Assembly (NCBI RefSeq): GCF_006345805.1
Contig: NC_042997.1
Coordinates: 139,996,001-140,060,000, forward strand
Direction: 5' to 3'
DNA length: 64,000 nt
Source: Octopus sinensis
Taxonomy: Eukaryota
A model generated the notes under the pieces. It saw only the letters and a list, made by a program, of their open reading frames with translations. It ran no database searches and had not been told where the DNA came from. This document shows, piece by piece, positions 49,666 through 62,333 of the stretch. Within the stretch, counting starts at the first letter, position 1, and each line of letters begins with the position of its first letter. The position numbers and the translations under genes are program-made.

Positions 49666-50704
49666 TGTTACGCCGCACGCTCACTCAGGACCCTAAGACC
49701 CTAGGCCTTCCAGGTCGATAACGGGCCCCAAATTGCGACGACGACGACGATGCTCAGTCAAACGGAAGCTCACCACAGAAACAGGGGAAAAAAAAGCGAA
49801 TGAATACCAGAGACCAGAGACAAAAATAACAAACGAGAGAAACACCAGAGGTTGCTTAGTTTAACAATTCTTTTTTTAACTTCACAAAATCAGAACATTT
49901 CAAAACAAAAGCATTTAACTGCAACACGATTCGAATAACAATCAAATACATTTAAACATAGTACAACTGTTCGATTTTTCTAAACAAATCAATTAACATG
50001 CAACACAATACAGTTCGGAAAACAATCAAAACAAATAGTCTTTCTCTTTCTTTTCTTTTAAAAACACATCTTAGTTCTTTTTCTCTTTCTTTTCTCTTCC
50101 TTCTAACACAATGTTCTTTTTCTTTTCTCTTTCAACAGATTACAACACGGAGTCCCCCTTTTTTTTTCATTTGAACAACACAATGTTTCTCCCCCTTTTT
50201 TTTTATATTTAAACATCAAAATTCAAAACACAAATAAACACTACCGGCACATGTTCCTCGTCTGTAACACTCATCACAAAACCCCCACTATATCAGTTCG
50301 AATTCAAAATGTCTCTCTTTGCCCCCTTCACTGCCATCTTCCTTATTTCCTCTCGCCTTCTCCATTTCTCACATTCACTGCCTGTCTTCTTCGCTTTGCC
50401 GTTGCCTCTCGCCATCTCCACCATCTCCCTTGTCCGCTAGCTGTCATGCATCGAATGACTGGCTCTTCCCAACTGAACTCCTTATCCGGTCTCTCACTAA
50501 CTGACCGCTAACCCCAATGCCAGGTGCATTTATATAGGGTAGCATTTTTATTGTTTTATCAACTCTCCGTGACCGTGTTGGGATCAAATATCACTTCCTA
50601 AGCTCATTAGTTACCGTGATTGTTGAGAGGACAAAGAACATTCCATCATCCTGAACAACTGGAGCACCGGTTCAACTCCAACCAATGGAAGAAGGGGCGC
50701 AATG
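49666..50704 (-). mobile_element. probable solo LTR (~1 kb)
   Basis: GC-richer island with ends TGTTACGCC / GGCGCAATG (imperfect inverted pair); minus-strand TATA (plus TTTATATAGGG at ~50530); shares CTCACTAACTG with the 17547 LTR. No TSD seen. Confidence 0.5.
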
Positions 50705-51144
50705 TTTTTCTGTTTATCTACCTCTGTAGCAATATATAAATTATATATACGTATCATGTTATGCTGCCCTCTCTGTATACATGCAAATATTTATTATTTT
50801 ATAAATTATTATATATATACTATTTTAGCAACTAGTTTTTATAACTATTTTTATTTTTATTAAAAATATTTATAATATTTATAAACAATTTTTAAATATT
50901 ATAATTCTTATAAATTTTTAATAATGTATATATGTTTTTATAATGTATATTTGTACGTATGTAAACCTATATGGCCAATATACATTCAGGCCTATATATA
51001 TAAACATTATTTACAAACATATATATACATTACTCCAAGTATGCCGCGTATAAGGGTATTGCTATGTTATTGATGTGTATGGGGGTATTAGTATATACAT
51101 TATGGTATGTTCAGGTATCTGTTTGTTTTCTTGGTAATTGCCTG

Positions 51145-51179
<35 letters not shown>

Positions 51180-51842
51180 AGACAGATAGATAGTTAGATA
51201 GATAGATAGGTATTTATCAGTGCATGTTGTTTCCATGTACAAAAGTCATTTGTATATGCATATATGGTTGTACCAGTATGTATACACATAAACTTTTAGA
51301 TATAAAGCTATGTATGACACACATTTTTGCATGTACATGTACATATCCATCTACATATGATGTCAATCTATTTACTCCTTATTATTATAGCAAATATAAG
51401 TAAGACTGTATTCCCTACCTACTAATTGTTATCTCCCCTACACTACTCATAATTCTGACATTTTTTCACTTTTCTCTTCAATTATACACAACTCCTTTCG
51501 CTATTATTAAATATAACTTTTCTATACTGTCCCATAGTTGCTTATATATGTTTTAGCAGTGGATAATGTAAGTTAATTCCCCCTCATCTTCTTATTTATT
51601 TTTTATTTTCTAATTTTTATTTTTATTTTATTAAACGTTTTTTAGTATCTACCTCTTAAAATATGCTTCTACAAGTTTAACTACATTCCGGAATATTACA
51701 CTTATTTTCTTCTATTAGAATTTAGACATTATTTACATAAAACATTTTAATTATAAATTTTATATACCACAAACCATTATGGTTACTATTAAATATTTTT
51801 TTCTAATTAATTACTTAGCTGTATTTATTATTGGTGGTTAAA

Positions 51843-52060
51843 TAAGGCGGTGAGCTGGCAGAATCATTAGCATGCTGGTCGAAATACTTAGAGGTATTTA
51901 GTCTGTCTTTTTGTTCTGAGTTCAAATTCTGAGGTCGACTTTGCCTTTCATCCTTTCTGAGTCAATAAATTAAGTACCAGTGAAATTCTGGGGTCGATGT
52001 AATCAACTAGTCCCCTCCCCCAAAGTTTCAGGCCTTATGCCTATAATAGAAAGGATTATT
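51843..52060 (+). mobile_element. family-B SINE
   Basis: AAGGCGGTGAGCTGGCAGAATC..GAGTTCAAAT..GACTTTGCCTTTCATCCTTT..TAAGTACCAG. Confidence 0.85.
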
Positions 52061-52369
52061 GATGGTTAAATTATTTTTTAGTCCCCAGTATTTCAAAATT
52101 CCGAACTTCCTTATTTGGGTAGTCCTTATCTTTAATATACAGCCCTAGCAAGTTTCACCTCATATATGGGAGTTTTAAATTGGCACCTTTATATTAATCT
52201 ATAAAGAGAATGTTACCCTTATTAGTATTATATACATCAACACCCAAGCATTATACTTTAGTTTTGTTTTAAATAGACATGACTCCAAGAATAATAACAC
52301 ATTACAGAAATATGTAAGAACACCATACCTATGTAATCCTAACTTCGTTTTAGCTTTTTTTTTTATTTT

Positions 52370-52450
52370 CGACTACTGATGAGTACTTTTTGACAACTCA
52401 AATTCTTAAAATGAATTTATTGTCTTTCTGTATGAAACAATTGTATAGCT
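52370..52450 (+). ncRNA. type I hammerhead-like motif, second family
   Basis: CTGATGA 52376-82; stem II GTAC../..GTAT; GAAAC 52434-38; palindromic loop AATT; GTA 52443-45. Stem I is only CTA/TAG. Confidence 0.55.
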
Positions 52451-52859
52451 ACATGAAGAAAAAAATTATCATCCATATCAACATCTAATCTCCATTTATG
52501 TAAAATATGATTGAATTTGTTGAACTTTGTTTAATAAGTTAAATCATATACTTAATATATCTATATATGCATACATATATACATACATACAATATACATA
52601 TATATATATATATATAATATATATGTATGTATATATATATATGCATACATATACAATACATATATATATGTGCATACATATATACATACATATATACACA
52701 TACATACATATATACATACATATAGATACATATATACAATATATATATATATACGTATATAATATATATATATATAATATATATATATTATATATATAAC
52801 AAATTAATAAATAAAACATATGCATATATACATACATATATGTACGAACCTACCTCTAC

Positions 52860-53175
52860 ATGTATATATACATGCATATATGGGTACAGGACACCAAAAA
52901 ACCGTCGAACACAATGAGAAACGAAAACATAAACACAAAACCAAGGAACTGGATATTTTTCTTAAACAACGAAAAGATAGAATACAGGACAAATAACACA
53001 AGGAAAATTCCCCTTCTTCAGTCACCATGGTTTCATCTACTCTGCATTTCGAAGGTGAAGGCGATACGCATCTTCGATAGAAACTTTCCTTCCCGCGAAA
53101 AGCAAATTAAGTAAAATTTGAGATCTTTTTGCGAAGGGGTAAAAATGGTAACAAAAACAGGACAGTAACGACAGT

Positions 53176-53178
<3 letters not shown>
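52860..53178. repeat. short interspersed element embedded in (TA)n tracts
   Basis: About 320 bp of complex, CpG-containing sequence flanked on both sides by long TA-rich microsatellites (52560-52850, 53179-53450). Confidence 0.55.
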
Positions 53179-53260
<82 letters not shown>

Positions 53261-53295
53261 CATACATATATATATAAATACATACATATACATAC

Positions 53296-53341
<46 letters not shown>

Positions 53342-53405
53342 ATAATATATATATATATATATAATATATATATATATATACATGTATATATACATATACA
53401 TGTGT

Positions 53406-53439
<34 letters not shown>

Positions 53440-54105
53440 CACATACATATATCATTTGTTTTGCAATATTCCTGACGTGAAATTGTGTGTTGAAAGAGAT
53501 ATTGTTGTATTTCAGGATGGTCATTTAATTTTTTTTGCCAAATAAACACACGCACTATATTATTTTTTCTTCACCCATTTATTACTGTTCTTATTCTATT
53601 ATTTTAACTCCTGTCCATTGTCTGGAAATCTTTCATGTGAGTTCTTGCTCCACTAACACCATTCTGTTCTTCTAAGCTGTGTATCCTTATGTGCACATGT
53701 GTGTGCATGCTTGTGAGTATGTCATAGTTTTTAGCAACAGTACGGCCTTCCCCTCAGCCCTATCCTCTCAGCCCACTGTGCTGCTGCTATCCTAAGACCT
53801 GAACCCCCCACCAAACAAAATATGGTACAGTTCCTGTGTATGTGTGTTTGCTCACGTTGTTGCCATTGTGGTAGTTGTTTTTGTTGTTATTGCCATCATT
53901 GGCACCACTGCTGCTGCTGATGTTAGTTGTGTTGTTGACATTGTTATGGCCATTCATTAAATTTCATGTGTGTATATGAGTTTGCTTTATATGTTGTATG
54001 TATCCATGCTCTTTATATAGTTTTATTTATTTATTTTATATATCTCTGTGTCATATTTATCATATGTATATGACAGATATATTTATCTATTTATATATTT
54101 CCTTA

Positions 54106-54410
54106 TCTTTATATATAAAACTAAAGTTGTGTGTGTGTGTGTATCTGTCTGTCTGTCTACTCCGATTTAGATTCCTAACTACTCCCACATTTTGCGGTGC
54201 AGTTTAACCAAAAGTGGGTATCTTATAGTCGTGATTCATATCGAGCCCTTCTGGGTATTAGCGTGCGTCTACGATGAGTCTACGATTTAAAAAAAATTTA
54301 CCATCATTTTTGATGATTTTTGCTCGGTTATATAAGGGAAGTAACTCTCTAAAAATGCTTATATAGTTATTTCCCTTACAAACACGAGCAACGCTGGGCG
54401 ATACTGCTAG
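54106..54410 (+). mobile_element. non-autonomous Helitron (305 bp)
   Basis: A|TCTTTATATATAAAAC 5' end, internal (GT)n/(GTCT)n, subterminal GC-rich CGAGCAACGCTGGGCG, 3' CTAG|T. Confidence 0.85.
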
Positions 54411-54999
54411 TTATTATTATTTTTTTTATACATCTATCTCTATTTCTCGTATCACAGGGAAGTACATAAATGTCTATTGTGTGTATTACCCTGTATATTT
54501 CTGTGTATTATTTACAGTTTTTTCCCCATCTCTCTTCTCATCCCTACTGTCTTTAGTCATGTGGTGTGGTGGCAGATGTTACTGTTCCATTCGGGTTTTC
54601 TATTGAAGCCCAGTCTGTCTACTGTTATGTGTGTAGCCTCTGTGAAATGTCTATGCTGTCATGTCAGTTCTATGTGTCGATATTACTTTGACCTCTATGC
54701 TATTAATCAAGCCACCGTGTTCAGCCTGAACATGTTGGCAGAGCACTGACGAGCTTTTCCCTTCTTTGAGCCCTTGTGAATATTCCCCTCTATGCTCTCC
54801 TACACTGCATGCAGTCACTCTAATGCTGGTAGTTGTCATATTTGGGCACCATCCCTCAGTACATCATAAGCTATACACTACATTCCTAACCTTACAGTTA
54901 ACCTGTGGGTTAATCCTACATACAACACAATTGTACTCTGTAGAGGGGGACTTATCGAAGGGATAGGTATTACAGATCAGCAATATCTAATTTATGGTC

Positions 55000-55922
55000 T
55001 AATTCATTCCAGGTTCAACTGGTTCAACTCATTGATAATAAACTCAAATTTATCCAGTTTGATATCTGCAGTTATTATTCCTCTATCAATCCCATCATCC
55101 TTAATAAGGCCCTATGGTTCTCACATAATAAATCTGGCCACACCTGTGATGAATTTCATGTTATTTTAACAGCTAGAAAATCTATTATCAAATTTGATAA
55201 TATATTTTGGGATCGTAAAGATTGACCTGACTGCTTTGATATATTTATGGGGTCTAGTGATTCAGCCCAAATTTCTGATTTGGTTGGTATTTATATTCTA
55301 TCAGAATCACAAGGATTGCCTCCTTTACCTTCAAAATATCTCTAATCAAAAATTACAAAATGTTAAATATAATCTAGTTAAATTCTTTAGCAATATGGGC
55401 CAAAATATTACCTTTGATGATGATAGAACAAAGGTTAATTTCCTTGACCTTACACTCAACTTAGATACAACTTTATATTTCCCATACCATAAATCTTCAA
55501 TCAATCTAAAATATATCAGCATTTTTAGCAATCATCCTACTAATATAACAAAAAAATTTGGTTAAAAACATGTCACTTAGAATCTCTAAATTATCCGCCA
55601 ATATTAATGTTTTCAATAATAATGCTGATTTCTATAAGCTGTCCTTATATAAGGTAGGATATAGGGAGCAAATTAAGTATTATAACCCTCTTGATCCCAA
55701 TTCAACCTCTAATAATCTGGTTAATAGTAGTTATACTAATAATAACAATAATAATAATACTCATAATGTTTCTCCCATAGGTAATAATCCAGATAATAAC
55801 CCCTTATATCAAAATAGCCAAAGACCTAATTTTGGAAAATTTAAGAATAAAGTATAAGGGCAGTAATTATACTTCGCCACTCTTTCTGTGAAAATAGAAA
55901 AAACTTCAGGTTTTTTAATGAG

Positions 55923-55956
<34 letters not shown>

Positions 55957-56508
55957 TTAGCGTCCGTTTTCCATGCTAGCATGGGTTGGACGGTTCAACT
56001 GGGGTCTGGGGAGCCCGAAGGCTGCACCAGGCCAGTCAGATCTGGCAGTGTTTCTACAGCTGGATGCCCTTCCTAACGCCAACCACTCCGAGAGTGTAGT
56101 GGGTGATTTTATGTGCCACCGACACAGGTGCCAGACGAGGCTGGCGAACGGCCACGCTCGGATGGTGTTTTTATGTGCCACCGACACAGGTGCCAGACGA
56201 GGCTGGCAGACGGCCACGCTCGGATGGTGTTTTTATGTGCCACCGACACAGGTGTCTCCCTATAAATTGCATGACCCTTGTAAAACTATTTGGTTTATTA
56301 TTCCATATGGAAAACAAGTTAAAAGTAACATTCCTTACCTATTTCTTCAAACCATCAAAAGGAAATGTCCCCAAAATTCCAAGTACTACTCCATTCTTAA
56401 CACACATCGTATCCAAATTGATTACTCCAACACCAATAACCTCCTACAAATTATATCCTTGCATAACTACTATATTCTTAACGGTAAAAGCTTAATAAAT
56501 GTAATAAC

Positions 56509-56543
<35 letters not shown>

Positions 56544-57340
56544 TAATCTCTCCTTAAATAATAGTATCAATAATAATAGTCCTTGTAATTGTGATCCAAA
56601 CAAAATTTGCAGAATTAAAAATGTTGTTTATCAATGTAAAATTTATGCAGGACCTAAAGAATATTTTTATGCTGGCATTTCATTCGCAGAATTAAAAAAA
56701 ACAAGTTGCTAACCATCTTTTTACATTTAAATATATTCATAAATGTAATACTACAGATCTTAGTAAACTAATTTGGCATCTCAAAGACTGTAATAAATAA
56801 TTTTCTTTGGATTGGAAAATTTTGCCAAGATTGTTTCCCTATGATAAAGGGAAATCTTTCTGCTCTCTTTGTATGTACAAACAAATATTTTCCCTTTTTC
56901 CAAACACACACTAGTCAACACCTATAAAGAACATGTTTACATTGGAAAAAACACTCTTTCAGCTTTTTCAAATAATATCTGCCCCCTTACCTAATAATAT
57001 CTGCAACTTAAACTTTATTCTTTCCTTCATCTTTTCTATCCATCTGTCATTCACTTCTATTTGTTTATATTTCCATTACTCCTTTAATTCTCTTTCTCCC
57101 TTCCTTCTCTTCTTCCCTCATCCTATGATGTCAAATTTCTTAGCGGTATTTCAAAATTATTAGCATTCCCTATCCACCTTCATTTTCCATATATATATAT
57201 TATATATTGTAGTTTCGTACATCTTTAAAAATGACATTGATGAGCACTGTTGTTTATATCCTCCTTGAGAACATTGATGCATTTTTCCACATTATTCTTT
57301 CTCTCGGATTTATTTTAATGCATCTACCAAAACATATGTC
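55000..57340 (+). pseudogene. Penelope-like element remnant (RT thumb plus GIY-YIG endonuclease)
   Basis: VNFLDLTL..SNHP, IWFIIPYGK (IWFNPPY-like), C-x-C..NVVYQC..YAGIS..ANHLFTFK..LSKLIWHLK..WKIL..CSLC; stops and frameshifts; interrupted by an RTE tail. Confidence 0.8.
55925..56255 (-). mobile_element. RTE-LINE 3' tail inserted in the Penelope remnant, with ~61-bp tandem units
   Basis: (CAT)n, TTTAGCGTCCGTTTTCCATGCTAGC..; unit TTATGTGCCACCGACACAGGTGCCAGACGAGGCTGGC..GGATGGTGTT occurs about 2.5 times. Confidence 0.85.
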
Positions 57341-57449
57341 AGTGATATATGGTGATATAAATGATTTAAATAGCATCTTGAGGGTTTGTCTCCATTTTCA
57401 ATTATTTTTATATACACACACATGTATATATACATATATATACACACAT

Positions 57450-57495
<46 letters not shown>

Positions 57496-57599
57496 TCATG
57501 TATATATATATATATATATACATTCATGTGTGTATATATATATATATATATATACATACATACATACATACATATATATACACATATATTTACATATAT

Positions 57600-57845
57600 C
57601 ACCATCATCATCATCGTTTAACGTCCGTTTTCTATGCTGGCATGGGTTGGATGGTTTGACTGGAGACTGCCAGGAGGCTGCACCAGGCTCCAATCTAATC
57701 TGGCAATGTTTCTAGAGCTGGATGCTCTTCTTAACACCAACTACTCTGAGAGTGTAGTGGGTGCTTTTTACGTGCCACAGGCATGAGGAGCCAGTCTGGC
57801 AGCACTGGCATCAACCACATTCGGATGGTACTTTTTACATGCTAC
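57600..57845 (-). mobile_element. RTE-LINE 3' tail copy, older
   Basis: CATCATCGTTTAACGTCCGTTTTCTATGCTGGCATGGG..CTGGATGCTCTTC..GAGTGTAGTGGGTGC. Confidence 0.75.
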
Positions 57846-57949
57846 CAGCATACAAATATATATATATATATATATACATACACATATATATATACACATA
57901 CATATATATACACACATACAGACATATACGTATATAAATGTATTCAGGT

Positions 57950-58140
57950 GCAGTAGTGGCTGTGTGGTAAGAAGCTGTCTTCCCAACAACATGGTTCCAA
58001 GTTGAGTCCCACTGCGTGGTACCTTGGGCAAGTGTCTTTTACTCTAACCTTGGTCTGACCAATGCCTTGTGAGTAGATGTGGCAGACAGAAGCTGAAAGA
58101 AGCCCATTGTATATATGTATGTATGTATGTATTTGTGTGT
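57950..58140 (+). mobile_element. family-A SINE head/core
   Basis: AGTGGCTGTGTGGTAAGAAG..CCCACTGCGTGGTACCTTGGGCAAGTGTC..GAAGCTGAAAGAAGCC. Confidence 0.8.
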
Positions 58141-58555
58141 CTGTGTTTTTCGACTAAGCAACATGCTATGTGTCCGTTTGGACTACTTCAGGCCTTAACC
58201 TGTGGGGGTTATGTGATTTTTTAATGCACGGAAAAGCTGTCAGTGATATACTCTCTTTGGCAGCAGTCAGCACTGTGTCTAACACAATCCATCATCTGAA
58301 ATGTTGACACCTCCTTCGGGGTTATTGTCCTACATCACTCAAAGTAAATTTGGAGGAACTGTGGTTATTTATTTGTAGATAACAGGGAACCAATGTGGTG
58401 ATAGACTTGCCCTTGAACTTTGATGTTGGCATAAATTCATGTTTATCTATCTTCTTAGATGCACCAAATGATGTCATTTGCAGAGTTGTATTGTCTGATA
58501 TTGTTCAGTCACTAGTCATTGCCTCAATAAGGCCAAATGTTTGAAGGTCGTGCTT

Positions 58556-58598
<43 letters not shown>

Positions 58599-58726
58599 TA
58601 TCAATAATAATAAAGGGTAAAATTAATTAATTAATTAATTAATAATTTTACCAAGTAGTTCGGTATGTTAAAAGAATCATTATCAGTAAACTTATACATA
58701 AAATTTTATAATTACGAGTATAATTA

Positions 58727-58775
<49 letters not shown>

Positions 58776-59414
58776 AAGTTAACATGAAACTGGTAATTTC
58801 TTCAAAAACTATGTCACTGTATGAAAAAATTTTATAACATTCTTCTGACATAATGACTCAAATATATTTTTTAACCTTTTAAAACAAGCCTGTAGTTTTT
58901 TCACTTTTTACTATTTTCTATATATTCAACCACGTGCTTTCACACACCAACTTTCTCACCTATATATATATATGTATATCACCCATTGTTGACTTTCTGC
59001 AGGCATTTTGCATCAATGTGCTGTGTGGTCTTGTGTGCATGATTATTTTATTTTCACTGACCAGTATAAATACCTTACTAGTGTGAAGGTGTAATAAAAA
59101 ATGATAATCATATTAATGATAGAAAATACAGTAGTGAAGCATGAGAACAAATATTTCTGCTTTTTAAGTCTAGGAAACTTTTCAGAAATTTTTTGATGTG
59201 CATGCATGGATATAAAATTTGATATTAAATTCTATTCTTTAAAAGTACTAGGGGAAGTCAGAAAATATCTGCAGTTTTGTCAAAAACTTCTTTAGGTTGG
59301 CCACATTGCCTTCAACACTTGTATGTTGAAAGGCAGTAAGTACTCTTGTGGTTACGTAACTGAGATTTGATCTTGATTACTCCAGTTTTCTTTCTTGTGT
59401 TACAGAGTAAACAC

Positions 59415-59915
59415 CATTTCTCTGCTGGCAGTGTGCACTAAGGAAGAACAGAGATCACTGATCCGATTTCTCTGGTCTGAAGTTATGTTAGGGGCTGGAA
59501 TTTAATGCAGGCCATCAGTACAATGTGGGGACAGCACTCTACCATGTAGAAGAGTGTTTCAGTGGATTGATAAGGTTAAACATGGCTGGACAAGAGTGAA
59601 GCTTGGAACGGGAGCAGGAGGCCTATCAATCTCCACCACTGACGAGAGATGGTTCAGTGAAAATTAGTCAATGTTCTGCATATGAAATCATTCACAACAA
59701 ACTTTGCTTCTGTAAAGCCTGTGTGAGGTGGGTTCCAAAAGATCTTCCTGAAGTGCATAAGCACAATTGTGTGGAGATCTGTCAACACTTACTTACCCCG
59801 CTACAACAATGAAGGTGAAGCTTGTTTGGTGAGAATAGTGACAGGAGAAGAGACATGGGTTCATCACTGGGTCAGACTTCAAATGACAGGGGATGGACTG
59901 GAAACATCTGGAGTC
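59415..59915 (+). pseudogene. mariner transposase N-terminal fragment (different subfamily from 32825)
   Basis: LLAVCTKEEQRSLIRFLWSE, AYEIIHNKL..VRWVPKDL, RIVTGEETWVHH; deleted and frameshifted. Confidence 0.8.
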
Positions 59916-60019
59916 ACCAGCGAAAAATAAAAATTAAAGTACCAACCAAGTACTGGGGTCAATGTAATTGCCTTTCCTACTTCCTTCAAAATTATTGGCC
60001 TTGTGCCAAAATTAGATTA

Positions 60020-60235
60020 TTATAGTGAGACAGCAAAATTGTTACCATGCTGGACACAGGGATTAGTGGCATTTCTTCTAGTTTTATGTTCAGAGTTCAA
60101 ATTTCACCAGAGTTGACTTTGCATTTCATCCTTTTGTGGTTGATAAAATAAGTACCAGTCAAATACTGAGGTTGATATAATTAATTCAGCTCTTCCCATC
60201 CTAAAATTTCAGGTCTTGTGCCTATAGTAGAAAGA
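60020..60235 (+). mobile_element. family-B SINE, older
   Basis: GAGTTCAAATTTCACCAGAGTTGACTTTGCATTTCATCC..GATAAAATAAGTACCAG. Confidence 0.7.
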
Positions 60236-60578
60236 ATCACTGTTATATGAATGCATGCATGTGTCCCCTACCACCACCATACAAACACACACACAGAGGA
60301 ACAAAGTGTGTGTGTAATAAAATAAACTGAAAGGTACTTAATATGGATATGTAAAGTCTGATTTATTTGTAAATGAAATTTGAAAGAAAATGAATATATA
60401 AGATAATAATGTCATGGTAATTATAATTCTTTCACTTCTTTCCGTTTGTTGTTTTAGCCACAGTCAAAATCTTATAAATCATACTATGTGATACTAACTA
60501 TGGTGCACGTGCATGTGTAACTAAATACACAAGTTATGCATTGTTCTGCTTTTAACATGATCTTATCATTAAAGTTAA

Positions 60579-60647
60579 ACATAACCAATCATCTTAGCTT
60601 CAAACTCTGCAGTAGGCAGAGTTTGAAGCTAAGATGATTGGTTATGT
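60579..60647. repeat. perfect 32-bp inverted repeat with 5-nt loop
   Basis: ACATAACCAATCATCTTAGCTTCAAACTCTGC-AGTAG-GCAGAGTTTGAAGCTAAGATGATTGGTTATGT. Confidence 0.95.
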
Positions 60648-60746
60648 CAGTGCTCTCTGTCAGTGTAAAAGGTAAATCCCAACTTGAAATTAGAAATAGT
60701 TTTCTCAGAATTTCTTGAGGATTCATGGAAATGCAATTATCTAAAG

Positions 60747-60753
60747 TATAAAA
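60747..60753 (+). promoter_or_regulatory. candidate TATA box for the sushi gene
   Basis: TATAAAA 114 nt upstream of the ATG. The DNA is AT-rich, and a CTAG acceptor at 60820-21 would also allow an upstream non-coding exon. Confidence 0.3.
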
Positions 60754-60860
60754 GGCTCTCTAAACAGCCACTGAAAATAAAAGTAACTTGCAAGTATACT
60801 TTAAACACAACTATCTTCTAGTCTTTCTTTCACAAAGTTGCTACCATCAAAGTTGAAAGA

Positions 60861-62333
60861 ATGATATTCAAGATTTTGTATTTCCTTTTAATTATCATAT
60901 TAGTTGTGAAGAGTGAAAATATAACAATCAATAATGCTATGAAAAATATTCTATTGGATTATAATAACTCCACTTCAACTGAAAACTTTTCTCCGTGGTT
61001 TTTTAAACAAATGGTAGATATCCTAAACTGTGATTCTTTACCAAAATTAAACAACAGTCAAATGCAGTTTGTTTTGAAATCGAATGAAGAAAAGATATAT
61101 CTGGAACAAATATGCAATCGATATTTTGAAGCAAGCCAAAAGAATACGACTGATATTGTTTGTCTGAATGGTAAATGGAGATATGAAGATAAAAAATGTA
61201 AGTTAATAACCTGCCCAACTTTTCATAAGCCTGCTCACTGTAACATGACAAAAGTTTCATACACATATAAATCTGTTATTTACTTTTCCTGCTTTCCTGG
61301 ATACTTTTTGCAAGGAAACCGTTCAATACGCTGTGAAGAAACGAAACAGTGGTCATCTCCACCACCAGTTTGTAAACGTGTTACATGTATCCCACCTCAT
61401 ACACCAAAACATGCTAATGTGTCCACTACAAAAGAAGTTGAAGTTAACAAAACAATTCATTTCAGTTGTTTGGAACCATATTCATTGAAAGGTAAATCAG
61501 TATTAACTTGTCTTGAAGATGGTGATTGGAACTTTCCAGCACCTGTTTGCACTTGGAAATGTTTAGTGCCCAAAATAGTTGGTAGAGTGACAACTCTCTT
61601 ACAAAATAAAGTTTTAAAACCAAAAACATTAATTCGTAGTGGAAAAAAAGTGTTATATTCTTGTAAACAGCCTTTCCTTCCAGTAGCATTCGGAGTCATT
61701 CAATGTTTGTCAGGTAGATGGCATCCAGATATTCAGTGTAAAAAGACATGTAACATTGAGAGAGTAAAGAAATTAAACTATACTTTATCACATAATTTTA
61801 CAGTGATTGAATATCATTGTCCAGCAGGAGAAACATTATTAGGGGACTCTAAAAGAACCTGTTTAGAAAACGGAACCTGGAGTGGTAAACTTCCAGTTTG
61901 TGTAAAAAAATGTCAACTGTTACCTAACTTAGGCATTTATAGCTACCGAGATTCAGACAACTTACAATACCTTCCATTTGGAAGCTCGGTTCCAGAAAAC
62001 ACTAATATAACATACTTATGTCAGCAAAATTACACAAAGAAAACGGAGAATGTGAGCTGCTCAAATGGTGTATTGACTCCAGTACCACATTGCTCAGATG
62101 AAAGATTTTATGTAGAAAGCAAACATCTTCGATTCAAATATCAATCAACTCATTATTATGTTTGTGAAAATAATTATTCTTGCAATTTTTTTGGTTACCG
62201 TAATTACGGGAAATGTGGTCAAACTTCATGTTATAACAAAAACTGTGTTAGTTTCAGTGTTAACAAAGTATCAAAGCCGTATATGAAGAGATACGATGGA
62301 AGTTGTTGCATTATTATGTGTCATGAGAACTAA
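60861..62333 (+). CDS. intronless secreted protein: signal peptide, six sushi/CCP modules, 8-Cys C-terminal module (490 aa)
   Basis: Hydrophobic N-terminus MIFKILYFLLIIILVVKS. Six four-cysteine units with CCP signatures, e.g. FSCFPGYFLQG..IRCEETKQWSSPPPVC, YHCPAGETLLG..RTCLENGTWSGKLPVC. No transmembrane segment; uninterrupted 1473-bp ORF. Confidence 0.9.
   Translation: MIFKILYFLLIIILVVKSENITINNAMKNILLDYNNSTSTENFSPWFFKQMVDILNCDSLPKLNNSQMQFVLKSNEEKIYLEQICNRYFEASQKNTTDIVCLNGKWRYEDKKCKLITCPTFHKPAHCNMTKVSYTYKSVIYFSCFPGYFLQGNRSIRCEETKQWSSPPPVCKRVTCIPPHTPKHANVSTTKEVEVNKTIHFSCLEPYSLKGKSVLTCLEDGDWNFPAPVCTWKCLVPKIVGRVTTLLQNKVLKPKTLIRSGKKVLYSCKQPFLPVAFGVIQCLSGRWHPDIQCKKTCNIERVKKLNYTLSHNFTVIEYHCPAGETLLGDSKRTCLENGTWSGKLPVCVKKCQLLPNLGIYSYRDSDNLQYLPFGSSVPENTNITYLCQQNYTKKTENVSCSNGVLTPVPHCSDERFYVESKHLRFKYQSTHYYVCENNYSCNFFGYRNYGKCGQTSCYNKNCVSFSVNKVSKPYMKRYDGSCCIIMCHEN

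Noticed and set aside
53000-53036. Minus-strand GAAAC-CATG-GTGA-CTGAAGA as a permuted hammerhead
   Set aside because: No stem I between the motifs, and GTG is not a valid NUH site.
55973-56557. 194-aa ORF as a novel gene
   Set aside because: It is a chance fusion of an antisense RTE tail with the Penelope ORF remnant and an (AAT)n tract.
57230-57345. TTGATGA..AAAACATATGTC at the Penelope 3' end, and CTGATAA..GAAC on the minus strand at ~58650-58700
   Set aside because: The position is suggestive, but both have core mismatches and the stems cannot be drawn convincingly.
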